From Candidatus Marinacidobacterales bacterium (GTDB taxonomy: Bacteria; Acidobacteriota; Vicinamibacteria; Marinacidobacterales; DATDRI01), in contig OZ245365.1 in NCBI GenBank assembly GCA_965226495.1, forward strand, positions 3,296,001 through 3,360,000: a stretch of 64,000 nucleotides of DNA, read 5' to 3'. The notes under the pieces are model-generated. The model ran no database searches and had not been told where the DNA came from. It saw only the letters and a program-made list of their open reading frames with translations. The position numbers and the translations under genes were made by a program. Position 1 is the stretch's first letter, and every line of letters starts with the position of its first letter. This document shows, in pieces, positions 11,501-20,570 of this stretch.

Positions 11501-12438
11501 GGGCTCTCCACCGGCTGCCGGTAAACGCGGTAGGAATCCGAACTGACCCAATCGAACCGCGTGATCACACGGCCCGCATCGGAAACCGGCCCCCCCGACT
11601 CGGCATCGACGGTGATATCGAATATGTGTTGGCCGTCGAGGGTGTGGATCTGAAATCGCCAGACCAAGTGGAGCCGGCGGCCAACCGGCAGCCACATCAA
11701 TTCCGCTTCGATTCCGGTCAATGAAACATCCGCAGCGACGAGCGAAGTCTTCTGCTGGACACCGACCGGCTGCGAAGCAATGGAGGGCTGGCGGCGCACC
11801 GGAAGGTTGAGATGCGAGGCTGCCGCGGAAACCGCCTGCGCTGCATCGATGGCCGGCGCCGGAGAACTGAGCGGAGCCGCAACGTCGGGTACAAAGCCGT
11901 TTTGGACACCCGAGATGCGACCCTCTCGGTTGAGGTGTACCTGTAGCGTCGCGTTGAAAACGGGCAGCCCCTGGTGCACTTGCCGCAGATAGACGTGGGT
12001 CGCGCCGGTCGCGGCGGAGAAGACTGCGTCCGTCACCTCGAGCTCGGCGAGGTCCGCCGCGTCCAGCCCCAGCAGCGTCGCGCGCGATCGAACAAAGTCC
12101 AAGGCGATATCAGAAGGATCTCCGGGCCGGGGGGCCGTTAGGTATCCGACCGGGTTCGAGAGACTACGTGTGACGCCGGTTACCGGATCCAATCCGTGGA
12201 TCAACGAACCGTCGAGCTCCTGGCGCAGCGCTGTCAGGGCGTCGGTCTGCGCCGAGCGTGGCGTGACCGCGGCAGCCTGTGCCAATGAACGACGATCGTA
12301 ACTGCGCCGGTCCTCCTGGCGTGGTTGTCCCCAAGCCAATTGACTGGCGAAAGGAGAGGAAACAGCAAGTAGAATCGCGAAACGCGAAAGACGACTAAAG
12401 GGGCCTACTGCGCAGAGTTTTCTCCGTATATCCGGCAT
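8551..12438 (-). CDS. Secreted M36 (fungalysin) metallopeptidase with FTP-type propeptide and C-terminal accessory domains
   Basis: Signal peptide, THVYLRQVHQGLPV propeptide, YGFDEAGGNFQ, HEYGH zinc motif, GEGWSD; C-terminal Ig-like domain and two internal repeats. Confidence 0.9.
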   Translation of the reverse strand: MPDIRRKLCAVGPFSRLSRFAILLAVSSPFASQLAWGQPRQEDRRSYDRRSLAQAAAVTPRSAQTDALTALRQELDGSLIHGLDPVTGVTRSLSNPVGYLTAPRPGDPSDIALDFVRSRATLLGLDAADLAELEVTDAVFSAATGATHVYLRQVHQGLPVFNATLQVHLNREGRISGVQNGFVPDVAAPLSSPAPAIDAAQAVSAAASHLNLPVRRQPSIASQPVGVQQKTSLVAADVSLTGIEAELMWLPVGRRLHLVWRFQIHTLDGQHIFDITVDAESGGPVSDAGRVITRFDWVSSDSYRVYRQPVESPQHTTPSPPAEARILATDPADPTASALGWHDTGSASYTVMRGNNVHAYEDSDANDSPPGSQPSCGASLNCDFPVDLSQEPSNYRSAAIANLFYWNNIIHDVQYQYGFDEAGGNFQVNNFSNGGAGGDDVRAEAQDGSGTCNANFATPTDGGRPRMQMFLCDNVSPARDGDFDNGVIVHEYGHGISVRQVGGPGNSSCLNNNQQGGEGWSDWFALVYTAEVGDAGLDARGIGTYLFGQAADGPGIRPQRYSTDPLVNSYTYESINGLSIPHGVGSVWAQVLWEMYWRLVDDHGFDPDLYDSTAGAGNHRALLYVNEGLKNTACSPTFVDARDGVIQVAVDNFSGEDVCALWEVFAAYGLGTDAVSGGSNSTSPTNGFNLPASCLTPPDPPTCPVGSIDFNAFTLEAYSNQDGTGELSIENDGDTLLIEGNRWRRSTDSFEVTTDTVIEFQFQSAAEGEIHGVGFDENQELSNDVRIFQFWGTQNWTGANQFSPRYSGSDEFETFSIRVGQFYTGSSMRLVFVNDKDAGSATNLGRFACVRVVGAANTPPSVTISSPPDNSSFMSGASVVFVGSASDTEDGVVTMNLTWNSSLDDAIGSGGSFSTTGLSLGTHTITAAVTDNGGLSGSDSIVVTINPDTGGCNDCIDWENTQTVSYSNQDRTGTVEPQEAGASLFLEGNRWRRTTQTVNVTPSTVIEFEFMSTSKGEIHGIGFDEDDTLNNNTRIFEIFGTQNWSGAFQNAQQYTSSDLGNFVSFRIKVGEFYTGSGMFLVLVNDKDAGTQNNNGTFRNVRIFEELPPVCGEILLATDFEAGPSGWFHSVPDSTCSTGDWMVGNPDQVVNSGVTTQLEDDHSATGVNAFFTQPNAGGAGTDDVDGGVCTALSTSIDANAHSDVQITLWYYFGQRDQGDDAAGDFFSIDVSTDGGSTFTTNLVSIGDVTLNAEWTQVATTVANPGDLVLRVQVSDGAGPGDLVEAGLDDIVICVPQ

Positions 12439-12697
12439 CGATTCGACCCCCGAAAAGAAAACGACATTTCAGCACAAGAGGCGCACCGGCACGGAAACTA
12501 CTTAACCTAATTAGCCTTGTTAACCTGGAGAAGGGGTCCGTTATTCAATGGGAGGCTAGCACGCGCGTTTTGGAGAGTCAAGAACGCGGATGGTTCGGCG
12601 TCCCCTAGCCACTCCTCAGCGTGTCGAATTGAAACTCGTCACCCTGTAGATATGGTTGAGGGCTTTAGCACCACGCGTCTCGAAGTGGAGCGGAGAG

Positions 12698-13069
12698 TCA
12701 CACCGCTTGCTGGCCGATCTGGGTAGCGAGCTGGCAAAACTTCTGGATGTAGGTCCGGAGCTTTTTCTTCCCTTCATCGGAAACATCGAGGAGCAGTAGG
12801 CCCATGCCCATCGGCAACCGCTCTGCCCGCGGCCCGGCCTGGTCGGTGCGCCAAACGACTTCGGCCTCCGCCGTCACCTCACCCAACGTCCATGGCATAT
12901 CCAATATCACACCGAGGGATTCGCCGACCTCGGTAAGTTCCTCGGTTGCCAGAAAAGCTCCGGTCTCGCTGAGATTCGTGACGTAGCCTTCGAGAAGCTT
13001 GCCCCCGAGTTGAAATTTGGCTCGAATGATCAGCGGGCTGACACGACGACTGATTCGTGTTTCATCCAT
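12698..13069 (-). CDS. Stand-alone PilZ domain protein
   Basis: RISRR (RxxxR), NLSETG (D/NxSxxG), AEVVW...GMGL. Confidence 0.85.
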   Translation of the reverse strand: MDETRISRRVSPLIIRAKFQLGGKLLEGYVTNLSETGAFLATEELTEVGESLGVILDMPWTLGEVTAEAEVVWRTDQAGPRAERLPMGMGLLLLDVSDEGKKKLRTYIQKFCQLATQIGQQAV

Positions 13070-13095
13070 TGGGTTACCCTCATCTTCCGTCCGTA

Positions 13096-14808
13096 CTACG
13101 CAGATAGCGTCGACTCGAACTGGCGAAGCTTGCGGTGTAGAAAGACGTTCTCCAAAGCCATCCCTGCTTGCGCCAGGAAGAGCTCGACACCTCTCAGTTT
13201 TCCGAGAGGCTTTCCGGATACTGGGTTGTCACCGTAGAGGATGGTCAAGACCTCCCGGTTGTTGAGCATGGGTAGCAAAGCGATCTCTTGGGCGCGGCCG
13301 CGGTCAATGACCGCGTAGAGAGAATCTTGTAGCCCGTCCACGTCGGGTCCTATCCGCAACGCCTTGCGAGTCAGAACCACTTGTGCCAGGCACTGGACTT
13401 TTTCCACGTCCAGGGCGATTTGCTTAGCCACCTCGTTGTTCACTCTGCCACCTCGAGTGAGCCCGAACCCGGCCACGTCCAGGGCGATTTGCTTAGCCAC
13501 CTCGTTGTTCACTCTGCCACCTCGAGTGAGCCCGAACCCGGCCATGCCGGTGGCTTTGCCTTTTTTTATCATGAACAAGATGCTCCTCTCGAAAAACTTG
13601 GATGCTACGTGGAGCACCATGCGAGATACGTCCAAAGAGCGCTCCGGGTTCGCGAACTGTTCAGTCATGGACGCGAGAAAGTCCAGCAACAGGGAGTCGT
13701 CCTCACGCTCGACGTCGGTAACCTCTTTGTCCGCTGGGCCCGATGGGTTGATCGTCAGATCGGTGAGGTGGCGCATAAGGAGAATCGAGAACGTCTTCAG
13801 ATCGGCTCGGTACTCGTCTTGATCGAGTTTGGAAATCGTCGGCTTGAACGCAACTTTACGAATACCCAGCTCCTTTGCTCTTTCGCGTGCCTTTTCGGGG
13901 AGTCGATCTGTCATCAAGAGAATGGGTAATTCCAATCTGCTGTTTCTCAGTCTCCGCACCAGCTCGAAGCCGCCATAAAAACTCTTGCCGTTTGCGCTCG
14001 GCATGCGGAGATCGGAGGCGAGCACGACCCGCTCGCCGGCAGTCAGAAGTCTACGAACCAACTCCTCTCCCGCGTCAGGACTGGAAGCGATCTCGACGCG
14101 CAAACGCCGCGCCCGAAGCTCCTCACCTACGATGTCTGTCACCTCGGCTTCATCGTCCACCAGGACGATAACCACCTCAGACTGCGTTTGGGAGGGTGGT
14201 TCGGCCGGTTGGGCATCTGGCGTCGGTTCTGCCGAGGAGACGGGCTGAGCCGATTGAGTCGGTTGAGATTTTCGGGCGATCTCCGGCGGCACGGGAACCG
14301 GCTCCGGGGTGGTCTGTGAAGTCGGTCGTTTTTCGGCTGCCGATCGTGGGCCGGTGCCGACGAACGCAACCGCATCGGCACGGTCCTCGTCCATTTCCTT
14401 GGCCGCATCCAACAGCAGGTGCTGTGGGTCGAAGCCGTCGTGAGCCAGAAACGGCGCGACGTCGACGCCGCCCAGCGTGGCGGTGAGATCGTCGGTCAAT
14501 CGAAACAGAAAGGCTCCCTCTCGCATCGTCGTCAGCTCGCGGAACGTGACCTCGACGTGCCGCCGAAGCAAGGCCAGGCGGTCCCCAGTGTGATCTTCGC
14601 CAGTGAGCTGTCGCAAGTAGCTCTGTGTGGACCAGGAATAGGCGCAGAGGACAAGCCCGTTCTTGAAAAGAATCGCGCCACGACCGAGGGGACCTTCGAC
14701 ACTCAGATGGCCCGTCTTCTTGGAAAAGGCGACGATTTGGAGGATATCGGGAAGGGGGAGATCTTCTAGCCTCCCCTTGAGACCCTCGTTCTCCCGGCCT
14801 TGCGTCAC
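13096..14808 (-). CDS. DUF4388 + response-regulator receiver + GAF-like domain protein
   Basis: LKGRLEDLPLPDILQ...KKTGHL (DUF4388); VLVDD...SDLRMP...LMT...FKP (intact receiver); C-terminal ILYGDNP GAF-like region. Confidence 0.8.
   Translation of the reverse strand: MTQGRENEGLKGRLEDLPLPDILQIVAFSKKTGHLSVEGPLGRGAILFKNGLVLCAYSWSTQSYLRQLTGEDHTGDRLALLRRHVEVTFRELTTMREGAFLFRLTDDLTATLGGVDVAPFLAHDGFDPQHLLLDAAKEMDEDRADAVAFVGTGPRSAAEKRPTSQTTPEPVPVPPEIARKSQPTQSAQPVSSAEPTPDAQPAEPPSQTQSEVVIVLVDDEAEVTDIVGEELRARRLRVEIASSPDAGEELVRRLLTAGERVVLASDLRMPSANGKSFYGGFELVRRLRNSRLELPILLMTDRLPEKARERAKELGIRKVAFKPTISKLDQDEYRADLKTFSILLMRHLTDLTINPSGPADKEVTDVEREDDSLLLDFLASMTEQFANPERSLDVSRMVLHVASKFFERSILFMIKKGKATGMAGFGLTRGGRVNNEVAKQIALDVAGFGLTRGGRVNNEVAKQIALDVEKVQCLAQVVLTRKALRIGPDVDGLQDSLYAVIDRGRAQEIALLPMLNNREVLTILYGDNPVSGKPLGKLRGVELFLAQAGMALENVFLHRKLRQFESTLSA
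13404..13544. repeat. Perfect 69-bp in-frame tandem duplication
   Basis: Unit at 13404 repeats identically at 13473; encodes AGFGLTRGGRVNNEVAKQIALDV twice. Confidence 0.95.
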
Positions 14809-14909
14809 GACGGTCTCGCCTCTTTAACGACCCCCGCGCACAAAGGGCGGCGGGGTCGGCACAGCGCGGACTGAGAAAGGCTGGGAGGGGTCGCCACGCC
14901 GGCGGATCA

Positions 14910-14926
14910 AGCAATGCGTGTGCCAG
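14910..14926 (-). promoter_or_regulatory. Sigma54 -24/-12 promoter for the DUF4388-REC/PilZ genes
   Basis: Minus strand CTGGCAC-ACGCA-TTGCT, about 100 bp upstream of the start at 14808. Confidence 0.7.
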
Positions 14927-15052
14927 GGGCAGGACGCGCTTGGTTCGCTGATCTACTTGGGCGATAGGCGTTTACGCGAGAGGCCGAGATAGGAAGGTGG
15001 GGGAAACCGGGGGAAGCCGTAGAGTTTTCCCTGCACTCGCGGGATATTCCCC

Positions 15053-15152
15053 CTCGCCTTCGTTCGCCGCACTCAGTCCTTCGCGGGCGAACTACGGCGA
15101 GGCCGCGCCGAAGCCGTCGAGTGCCAAGACTCGAGACGACGGCGTAGGCGGG
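15053..15152. repeat. Four-arm palindromic intergenic repeat, copy A
   Basis: CTCGCCTTCG..CTACGGCGAG..CGCCGAAGCC..GGCGTAGGCGGG; same arm order at 41291 and 55286. Confidence 0.7.
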
Positions 15153-15157
15153 CCCCG

Positions 15158-16283
15158 CTACGACTTGTGCGGGGGCTCCCGCCGGCTCAAGAGAAAAGCC
15201 TTCATGAACGGATCGAGATGGCCATCCATCACACGATCCACGTCGCCGATCTCCTGTTTCGTGCGATGATCTTTCACCATGCGATAGGGCTGAAAGACAT
15301 AGGAGCGAATCTGATTGCCCCAGGCAATTTCCTTTTTTCCATCGTGTAGAGCCTCGATCTTTTCCTGCTTCTCTCGGAGCATTCGATCGTAGAGCCTGGC
15401 CCTGAGCACCTTCATCGCGATGTCGCGATTGCGATGTTGGGAGCGCTCGTTTTGGCACTGCGTAACGATACCAGTAGGAAGGTGGGTAATGCGTACGGCA
15501 GAGTCGGTGACGTTGACGTGTTGGCCACCCGCCCCGCTCGACCGGTAGGTATCGATGCGAATATCTTTCTCATTGATTTCCACCTTCACCTCTTCGTCGA
15601 TCTCGGGAAAAACAAAGACCGAGGCGAACGAGGTGTGCCGCCTCTTCGCCGCGTCGAAGGGTGAGATACGTACCAAACGATGGACGCCCACCTCACTCGA
15701 AAGCAGACCATAGGCATAGGGACCGCTAACGGTAAATGTTGCGCTCTTGAGTCCCGCCTCTTCACCTTCCTGATAGTCGAGCATCTCGGCCTTCCAACCC
15801 TTTTGCTCGGCCCAGCGCAGATACATTCTGAGCAACATCTCCGCCCAATCTTGGGATTCCGTCCCCCCGGCGCCCGGGTGGATGCTCACGATCGCGTTTT
15901 TCGCGTCGTTCTCTCCCCCCAGGAGCTTCTGGATCTCGGCGGCCTCGACATCCTGCTCCAGTTTCTCCAGATGCTTCTTGAGCTCTTCCGCAACCGTCTC
16001 CCCCTCCTTCGCCCACTGGATGAGAGTGCGGACTTCCTCTTCGCTGCCGTTGAGATGATTGATCAGGTCCACGTCGCGCTGAAGGCGACTTCGTTCTCGC
16101 GATAACTGCTGTCCCTGGGCGGGATCGGACCAAACTGCGGGATCGGCCAGCTTTTGTTCTATCTCGGCGAGTGCTTTCTTGACCGCGGCTTCGTCAAAGG
16201 TAACCTCGAACGTCCTCGACCCGACTCTCGATCTTCTCGTACCGCTCTAGCAACTCGTCAACAGTATGTGGCGTATGTGGCAT
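15158..16283 (-). CDS. prfB: Peptide chain release factor 2 with programmed +1 frameshift
   Basis: GGQ motif and SPF tripeptide; upstream frame MPHTPHTVDELL...VRGYL ends in CTT TGA C; +1 frame continues DEAAVKK... into ORF 15158..16072. Confidence 0.96.
16193..16208 (-). other. prfB frameshift site with internal SD-like sequence
   Basis: Minus strand CGAGGT-TAC-CTTTGAC. Confidence 0.92.
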
Positions 16284-17815
16284 TAGGAGCCTCGCCGTCC
16301 CCTCTTGTCCCGGTAATGGAGCGCGACTACCGCGACCCCGAAAAGCAATGTTACCACGGCCATCGAATGAGATAAAAGAAAGCCGTAGCGAACGAAGAAA
16401 GTTTCATCATGACGGAACGAGACGTTGCGCACCAGAAGCGCCGGCGTAAACAGATCTCCCCGGGCCAATACCCGGCCAAATGGATCGACGAATGCCGAGA
16501 TGCCGGTGTTGGCGGCCCGGACCAAATACCTCCGCGTTTCGATGGCTCGCAGCACCGCCTGATTGAAGTGTTGGTATGGAGCCGCGCTATGTCCGAACCA
16601 AGCGTCGTTGGTCACGTTGATCAAAAGGGCGGCGCCCGCTTTGACGAAACGCCGCGTCAGGTTCGGATAGATCGCCTCGTAGCAGACGAAAGCTCCGATA
16701 TTCTCGCCCTCGACCGCAGCAACAACAACTTCGGTCCCGGCTGTGAAATTAGAGGCGCTCTGAACGACGGGTTTGGCGAAAAAAAGCAACGACCTGAGAG
16801 GGACGAACTCACCGAACGGAACCAAGTAGATCTTGCGGTAGCGCAGCCGAACCGTTCCGTCTGGATCGAGAATCTTGATCCCGTTATAGGATCGGTAGTC
16901 CTTGGTCCCCGATAGAAACTCGTAATCGTCGCTGCCGAACAGGAGGGGCACGTTTTTGTCCTTCGCGAAATTGCGCATGTGCTGGGCCTCGACCGGCCCC
17001 CCGTCGAAGTAAAAGGGCGTCGACGATTCGGGCCAAACCACAAGCCGCACCCCTTGCTCGATGCCCTCGCTCGAAAGCTTCATGTGAGTGGCGAAAATCT
17101 GTTTTCTATATTCCGGCTTCCATTTGTGCTCTTGCAGCACGTTCCCCTGCACTGCGGCGACTGGGAAACTCGCCGTGGGAAGTGGGCGCGCCAGCTCCCG
17201 GTATCCAAATAAGAGCGTTGCCCCCACCAACGTGGCGACCGGTACCCCTGCCATCAACGCGCGCTTGAGCCCGGGCCGACAAAGCCAGTAAGCGATCAGG
17301 GCATTCACGAGCACGATCAGCAGAGAGACCCCGTACACGCCGGTGAGTGAGGTGATTTGGACGACAGGCAGGAAGTCGGTCTGGCTAGAGCCGAGCAGAC
17401 ACCAGGGAAAGCCTCCGAACGGGTACTTTCGGAAAAACTCGAGCCCCACCCAAAGTATCGGAGAGACGAAAATCCCGCCGGCGCCGCCACGCATGCAGGC
17501 GGCCGCGGCGAGCCCACCGAACGCCGTCGAGTAAAACGAAAGGTAGCCGACTAAGGTCAAGAGAATGGCCACGCTCGTAGGCCAACCGATTCCATCCCCG
17601 AAGCGAACCATGGTGTCGCTGATCCAATACAGGTTTCCAAGGTGGAAGAACAGACCGAAGAACGCCCCGGCCACCATCGCTTGCCGTGGGCGAACCTGGG
17701 TTATCTGGTAGAGGAAGGGCACCAAAGCGACCCACGCGAGCAAAGTCAGCCCGGCGCGCGGGAAGCAGAAGACCAGGAGCGTCCCGGAGAACGCCCCCGC
17801 CACCATGGAGCTCAC
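16283..17815 (-). CDS. lnt: Apolipoprotein N-acyltransferase
   Basis: Multiple TMs, GGFPW, VQGN, VVWPES, YRKIYLVPFGE, VCYE, TNDAWFG, RAANTGIS; stop overlaps prfB start (TAATG). Confidence 0.95.
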   Translation of the reverse strand: MSSMVAGAFSGTLLVFCFPRAGLTLLAWVALVPFLYQITQVRPRQAMVAGAFFGLFFHLGNLYWISDTMVRFGDGIGWPTSVAILLTLVGYLSFYSTAFGGLAAAACMRGGAGGIFVSPILWVGLEFFRKYPFGGFPWCLLGSSQTDFLPVVQITSLTGVYGVSLLIVLVNALIAYWLCRPGLKRALMAGVPVATLVGATLLFGYRELARPLPTASFPVAAVQGNVLQEHKWKPEYRKQIFATHMKLSSEGIEQGVRLVVWPESSTPFYFDGGPVEAQHMRNFAKDKNVPLLFGSDDYEFLSGTKDYRSYNGIKILDPDGTVRLRYRKIYLVPFGEFVPLRSLLFFAKPVVQSASNFTAGTEVVVAAVEGENIGAFVCYEAIYPNLTRRFVKAGAALLINVTNDAWFGHSAAPYQHFNQAVLRAIETRRYLVRAANTGISAFVDPFGRVLARGDLFTPALLVRNVSFRHDETFFVRYGFLLSHSMAVVTLLFGVAVVALHYRDKRGRRGS

Positions 17816-17816
17816 G

Positions 17817-18536
17817 CTACTGGGTTATGTACGGCTTGAACTTCTCAACCTCGCGCAGCTGGACCGCCACTTGCTCGGCCTCTACACGACTGTCGAATCT
17901 CCCCACCCGCACACGGTACAGCCCCGCCGAGCCTCCTGGCTCGAGATAAGCTCGGTAGCTGGCGTCCTTGAGACGCTTCACCAGGGAGGCCGCCCCTTCT
18001 TGGGTCCTCAGTGCCACGACCTGAATCGTAAATGCTCCCCGCTCGCCTCCGATCACGCCAGGATCGGCGGACGCCGGGCGCGGGGGCGGTGTCGACGTGG
18101 GAGCGGATTTCTTGGGCTTGGCTGATGCCTCCTTGGAGGCGTCAGAGATTGACCCCGCTCGCGCGCTAGGCTCGCTCGGTTTCCTCGTCTTCTTCGATTT
18201 CCTCGACGACGCCACTAACTGTTCCGGGTTGCCGGCGGGACTCTGAAGCTTGGCGTCCACTTTCTCGGCCTCCAGTCGCTTCGGGAAATCGAGCTCACTG
18301 CGCACGTCGGCAGGGGGAACCGTGGTCTTCATCGACTGTCCGGACTCTCCCACCGGGGGCTTCGACAGGATGCTATTCCCGCCTGCGGCAAGCGTTGCAT
18401 CCCGCACCCCGCGCCCGACCATCACTCCGCAGAGAAAGACGACCACGGAGATGGCTACCGCTGCCATGAAGAAAAAGACCAATTGTTTGTTATTCAACTG
18501 GACTTCGTAATAGCCTGCTTCTTCGTACTCGGCCAT
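17817..18536 (-). CDS. SPOR domain membrane protein
   Basis: N-terminal TM, Pro/Lys-rich linker, C-terminal FTIQVVAL...YRVRVGRF; start MAEYEE after AAGGAG. Confidence 0.85.
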   Translation of the reverse strand: MAEYEEAGYYEVQLNNKQLVFFFMAAVAISVVVFLCGVMVGRGVRDATLAAGGNSILSKPPVGESGQSMKTTVPPADVRSELDFPKRLEAEKVDAKLQSPAGNPEQLVASSRKSKKTRKPSEPSARAGSISDASKEASAKPKKSAPTSTPPPRPASADPGVIGGERGAFTIQVVALRTQEGAASLVKRLKDASYRAYLEPGGSAGLYRVRVGRFDSRVEAEQVAVQLREVEKFKPYITQ

Positions 18537-18634
18537 TTCAAACGACTCCTTCCCTTTCCTGCCCCTCAAAAGATTTCGACTTCGTTAGTGTCTTCCTCGT
18601 AAAAATACAGCTAGCGACAATTGTCTCAACTCAA

Positions 18635-19768
18635 TCAGGCAAGGCTCGACGAACTGCTCGCTTGAATGCTAGCGGAGACCCTTTCTTGCTCCTCCTTGCC
18701 AAACTGACGTCCTATACCCAACAACAATCCATAGGTAAGCTCGTTGAGCCCATCGACCAGTATCGTTCTCTTCGCATCGTGTTGACGGTCGCCCAAGTTA
18801 GCCAGTAGCTGCTCGAAGTCGACACGGTCCGCACTACTGAGCTCGATCCCCTCGAACAAGGGAGCGCATTGCTTCGACACCTCGGCCACGATCCGGTCCG
18901 CGAACTCGCCTGCCTCGTCCCCCAACTTCTCTTTAAGGTAAGTTGTCAGAGTGTCGAAGTTGCGGTTGTAATGCTCGACGATTTCCTCGAGCTCGTACTC
19001 CCGCTCGACGGTCAGACCCTTTCCCTCCGCGCCTTCCGCCCCCCTCTCCAGAACTCCGACCGCGACCAAACCGTAGAGAATTCTGAGCGTCTCGAAGTTG
19101 GAGAGGAAGCTCAACGAGAGTACCTGCTCGAGGTTCATCGTCCCGTTCACCAGCGACAGAATCTGTGATTCGTCCGAGTCGAGCTCCAACTTGTATATAA
19201 GATTGTCCGCGTTGTCCGACACACGAAGGACTCGGTCGATGGATCCCAGACCGGCATAGATACGCGAAAAGTCGGTGATGCGGCGAATCCCCTCGAGAAT
19301 CACATCTTCCGTGTTGAGTTGCAACGTGATCGGACCTTGTGCCGACAGCTCCTTGATGATGAACTCGTATTCCCCTCGCACCCAGTCGAAGAGCCCATAG
19401 ACGATCTCTTCGACGTGCCCCTGGATCGCCGCAATCAGTTCATCAGGAGACAGAATGTTTTGGTCCACCATGATCGCCCCGAAGCGTTTGCCGGGCCGAA
19501 CCAACTTGCTCCCCTCCAGGAACTGTCGGACGGTAATCTTTCCTTGCTTGATCAGATACTCGCCGAGCCGGTCGTCGGGGAGATTCGAGGTGGCGAAGAT
19601 GACTTGCCCGTCTTTGAAATAGACGGCCTTCCAACGTCCCATGTCGTGGAAGTTAAGGGTCCCGGTCTCTCGGCTGCGGCTGATGCTAGCAAGCAGCTCG
19701 TGGAGACTGGACTCCGAGAGGGAGCCTCGTATACTGAGTTCCTCGTCCTGCATCGTCATCTCGCTCAA
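18635..19768 (-). CDS. DUF4388 domain protein
   Basis: IRGSLSESSLHELL...ETGTL, RLGEYL, LFDWVRGEYEF, ILEGIRRI. Confidence 0.8.
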   Translation of the reverse strand: MSEMTMQDEELSIRGSLSESSLHELLASISRSRETGTLNFHDMGRWKAVYFKDGQVIFATSNLPDDRLGEYLIKQGKITVRQFLEGSKLVRPGKRFGAIMVDQNILSPDELIAAIQGHVEEIVYGLFDWVRGEYEFIIKELSAQGPITLQLNTEDVILEGIRRITDFSRIYAGLGSIDRVLRVSDNADNLIYKLELDSDESQILSLVNGTMNLEQVLSLSFLSNFETLRILYGLVAVGVLERGAEGAEGKGLTVEREYELEEIVEHYNRNFDTLTTYLKEKLGDEAGEFADRIVAEVSKQCAPLFEGIELSSADRVDFEQLLANLGDRQHDAKRTILVDGLNELTYGLLLGIGRQFGKEEQERVSASIQASSSSSLA

Positions 19769-19796
19769 TGGCGAGCCGCGCTCGGAAACGACACCG

Positions 19797-20567
19797 TCAC
19801 GAGTCGCTCCCCCGTCCTGGCGTGAGGAAGGATTGGATCAGATCGATCGGCAGTGGGAATATGATGGTCGAGTTTCTTTCCGTTGCAATCTCGGTGAGGG
19901 TTTGTAGGTACCTCAGTTGTATTGCCATCGGATGCTGTCCGACGATCTTCGCGGCAGCCGCCAGTTTCTCGGAAGCTTCGAATTCGCCGGCCGCGTGAAT
20001 GATCTTGGCTCGCTTCTCTCGTTCCGCCTCGGCTTGTTTCGCGATGGCGCGCTGCATCTCCGGAGGCAAATCGACGTGTTTGACTTCCACCGAAGTCACC
20101 TTGATGCCCCATGGATCGGTGTGTTTGTCCAAGATGTCCTGAAGCTGCATGTTGAGCCGCTCTCGCTCCGAAAGCAGATCGTCGAGCTCCACTTGACCAA
20201 GCACACTGCGAAGCGTCGTCTGCGCAAGCTGCGAAGTCGCATAAAGGTAGTTCTCTACCTCGACCACCGCCTTAATCGGTTGAAGGACTCGGAAGAAGAT
20301 CACCGCGTTCACCTTCACCGAAACGTTGTCCCGGGTAATCACGTCCTGAGGGGGTACGTCGAGAGCCACCAAACGGAGGCTCATTTTGACCATCCGATCC
20401 ATGGGACTGAAAACAAAGACGAGACCCGGCCCTTTGGGATAGGGCAGGAGTTTCCCGAGCCGAAAGATCACCCCACGCTCGTATTCGTTGAGAACCTTGA
20501 GCCAGTTGAGAAAGAAAATTGCTACAAGAATAAGGCCAATGACATAACCACTCAGCCCGAACGGCAT
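19797..20567 (-). CDS. SPFH/slipin (stomatin-like) protein
   Basis: [55 protein letters not shown]. Confidence 0.95.
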   Translation of the reverse strand: MPFGLSGYVIGLILVAIFFLNWLKVLNEYERGVIFRLGKLLPYPKGPGLVFVFSPMDRMVKMSLRLVALDVPPQDVITRDNVSVKVNAVIFFRVLQPIKAVVEVENYLYATSQLAQTTLRSVLGQVELDDLLSERERLNMQLQDILDKHTDPWGIKVTSVEVKHVDLPPEMQRAIAKQAEAEREKRAKIIHAAGEFEASEKLAAAAKIVGQHPMAIQLRYLQTLTEIATERNSTIIFPLPIDLIQSFLTPGRGSDS

Positions 20568-20570
20568 TGT

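Noticed and set aside
14907-15458. 183-aa minus-strand ORF continuing past prfB
   Set aside because: Alternative frame over prfB and repeat copy A; no recognisable motifs
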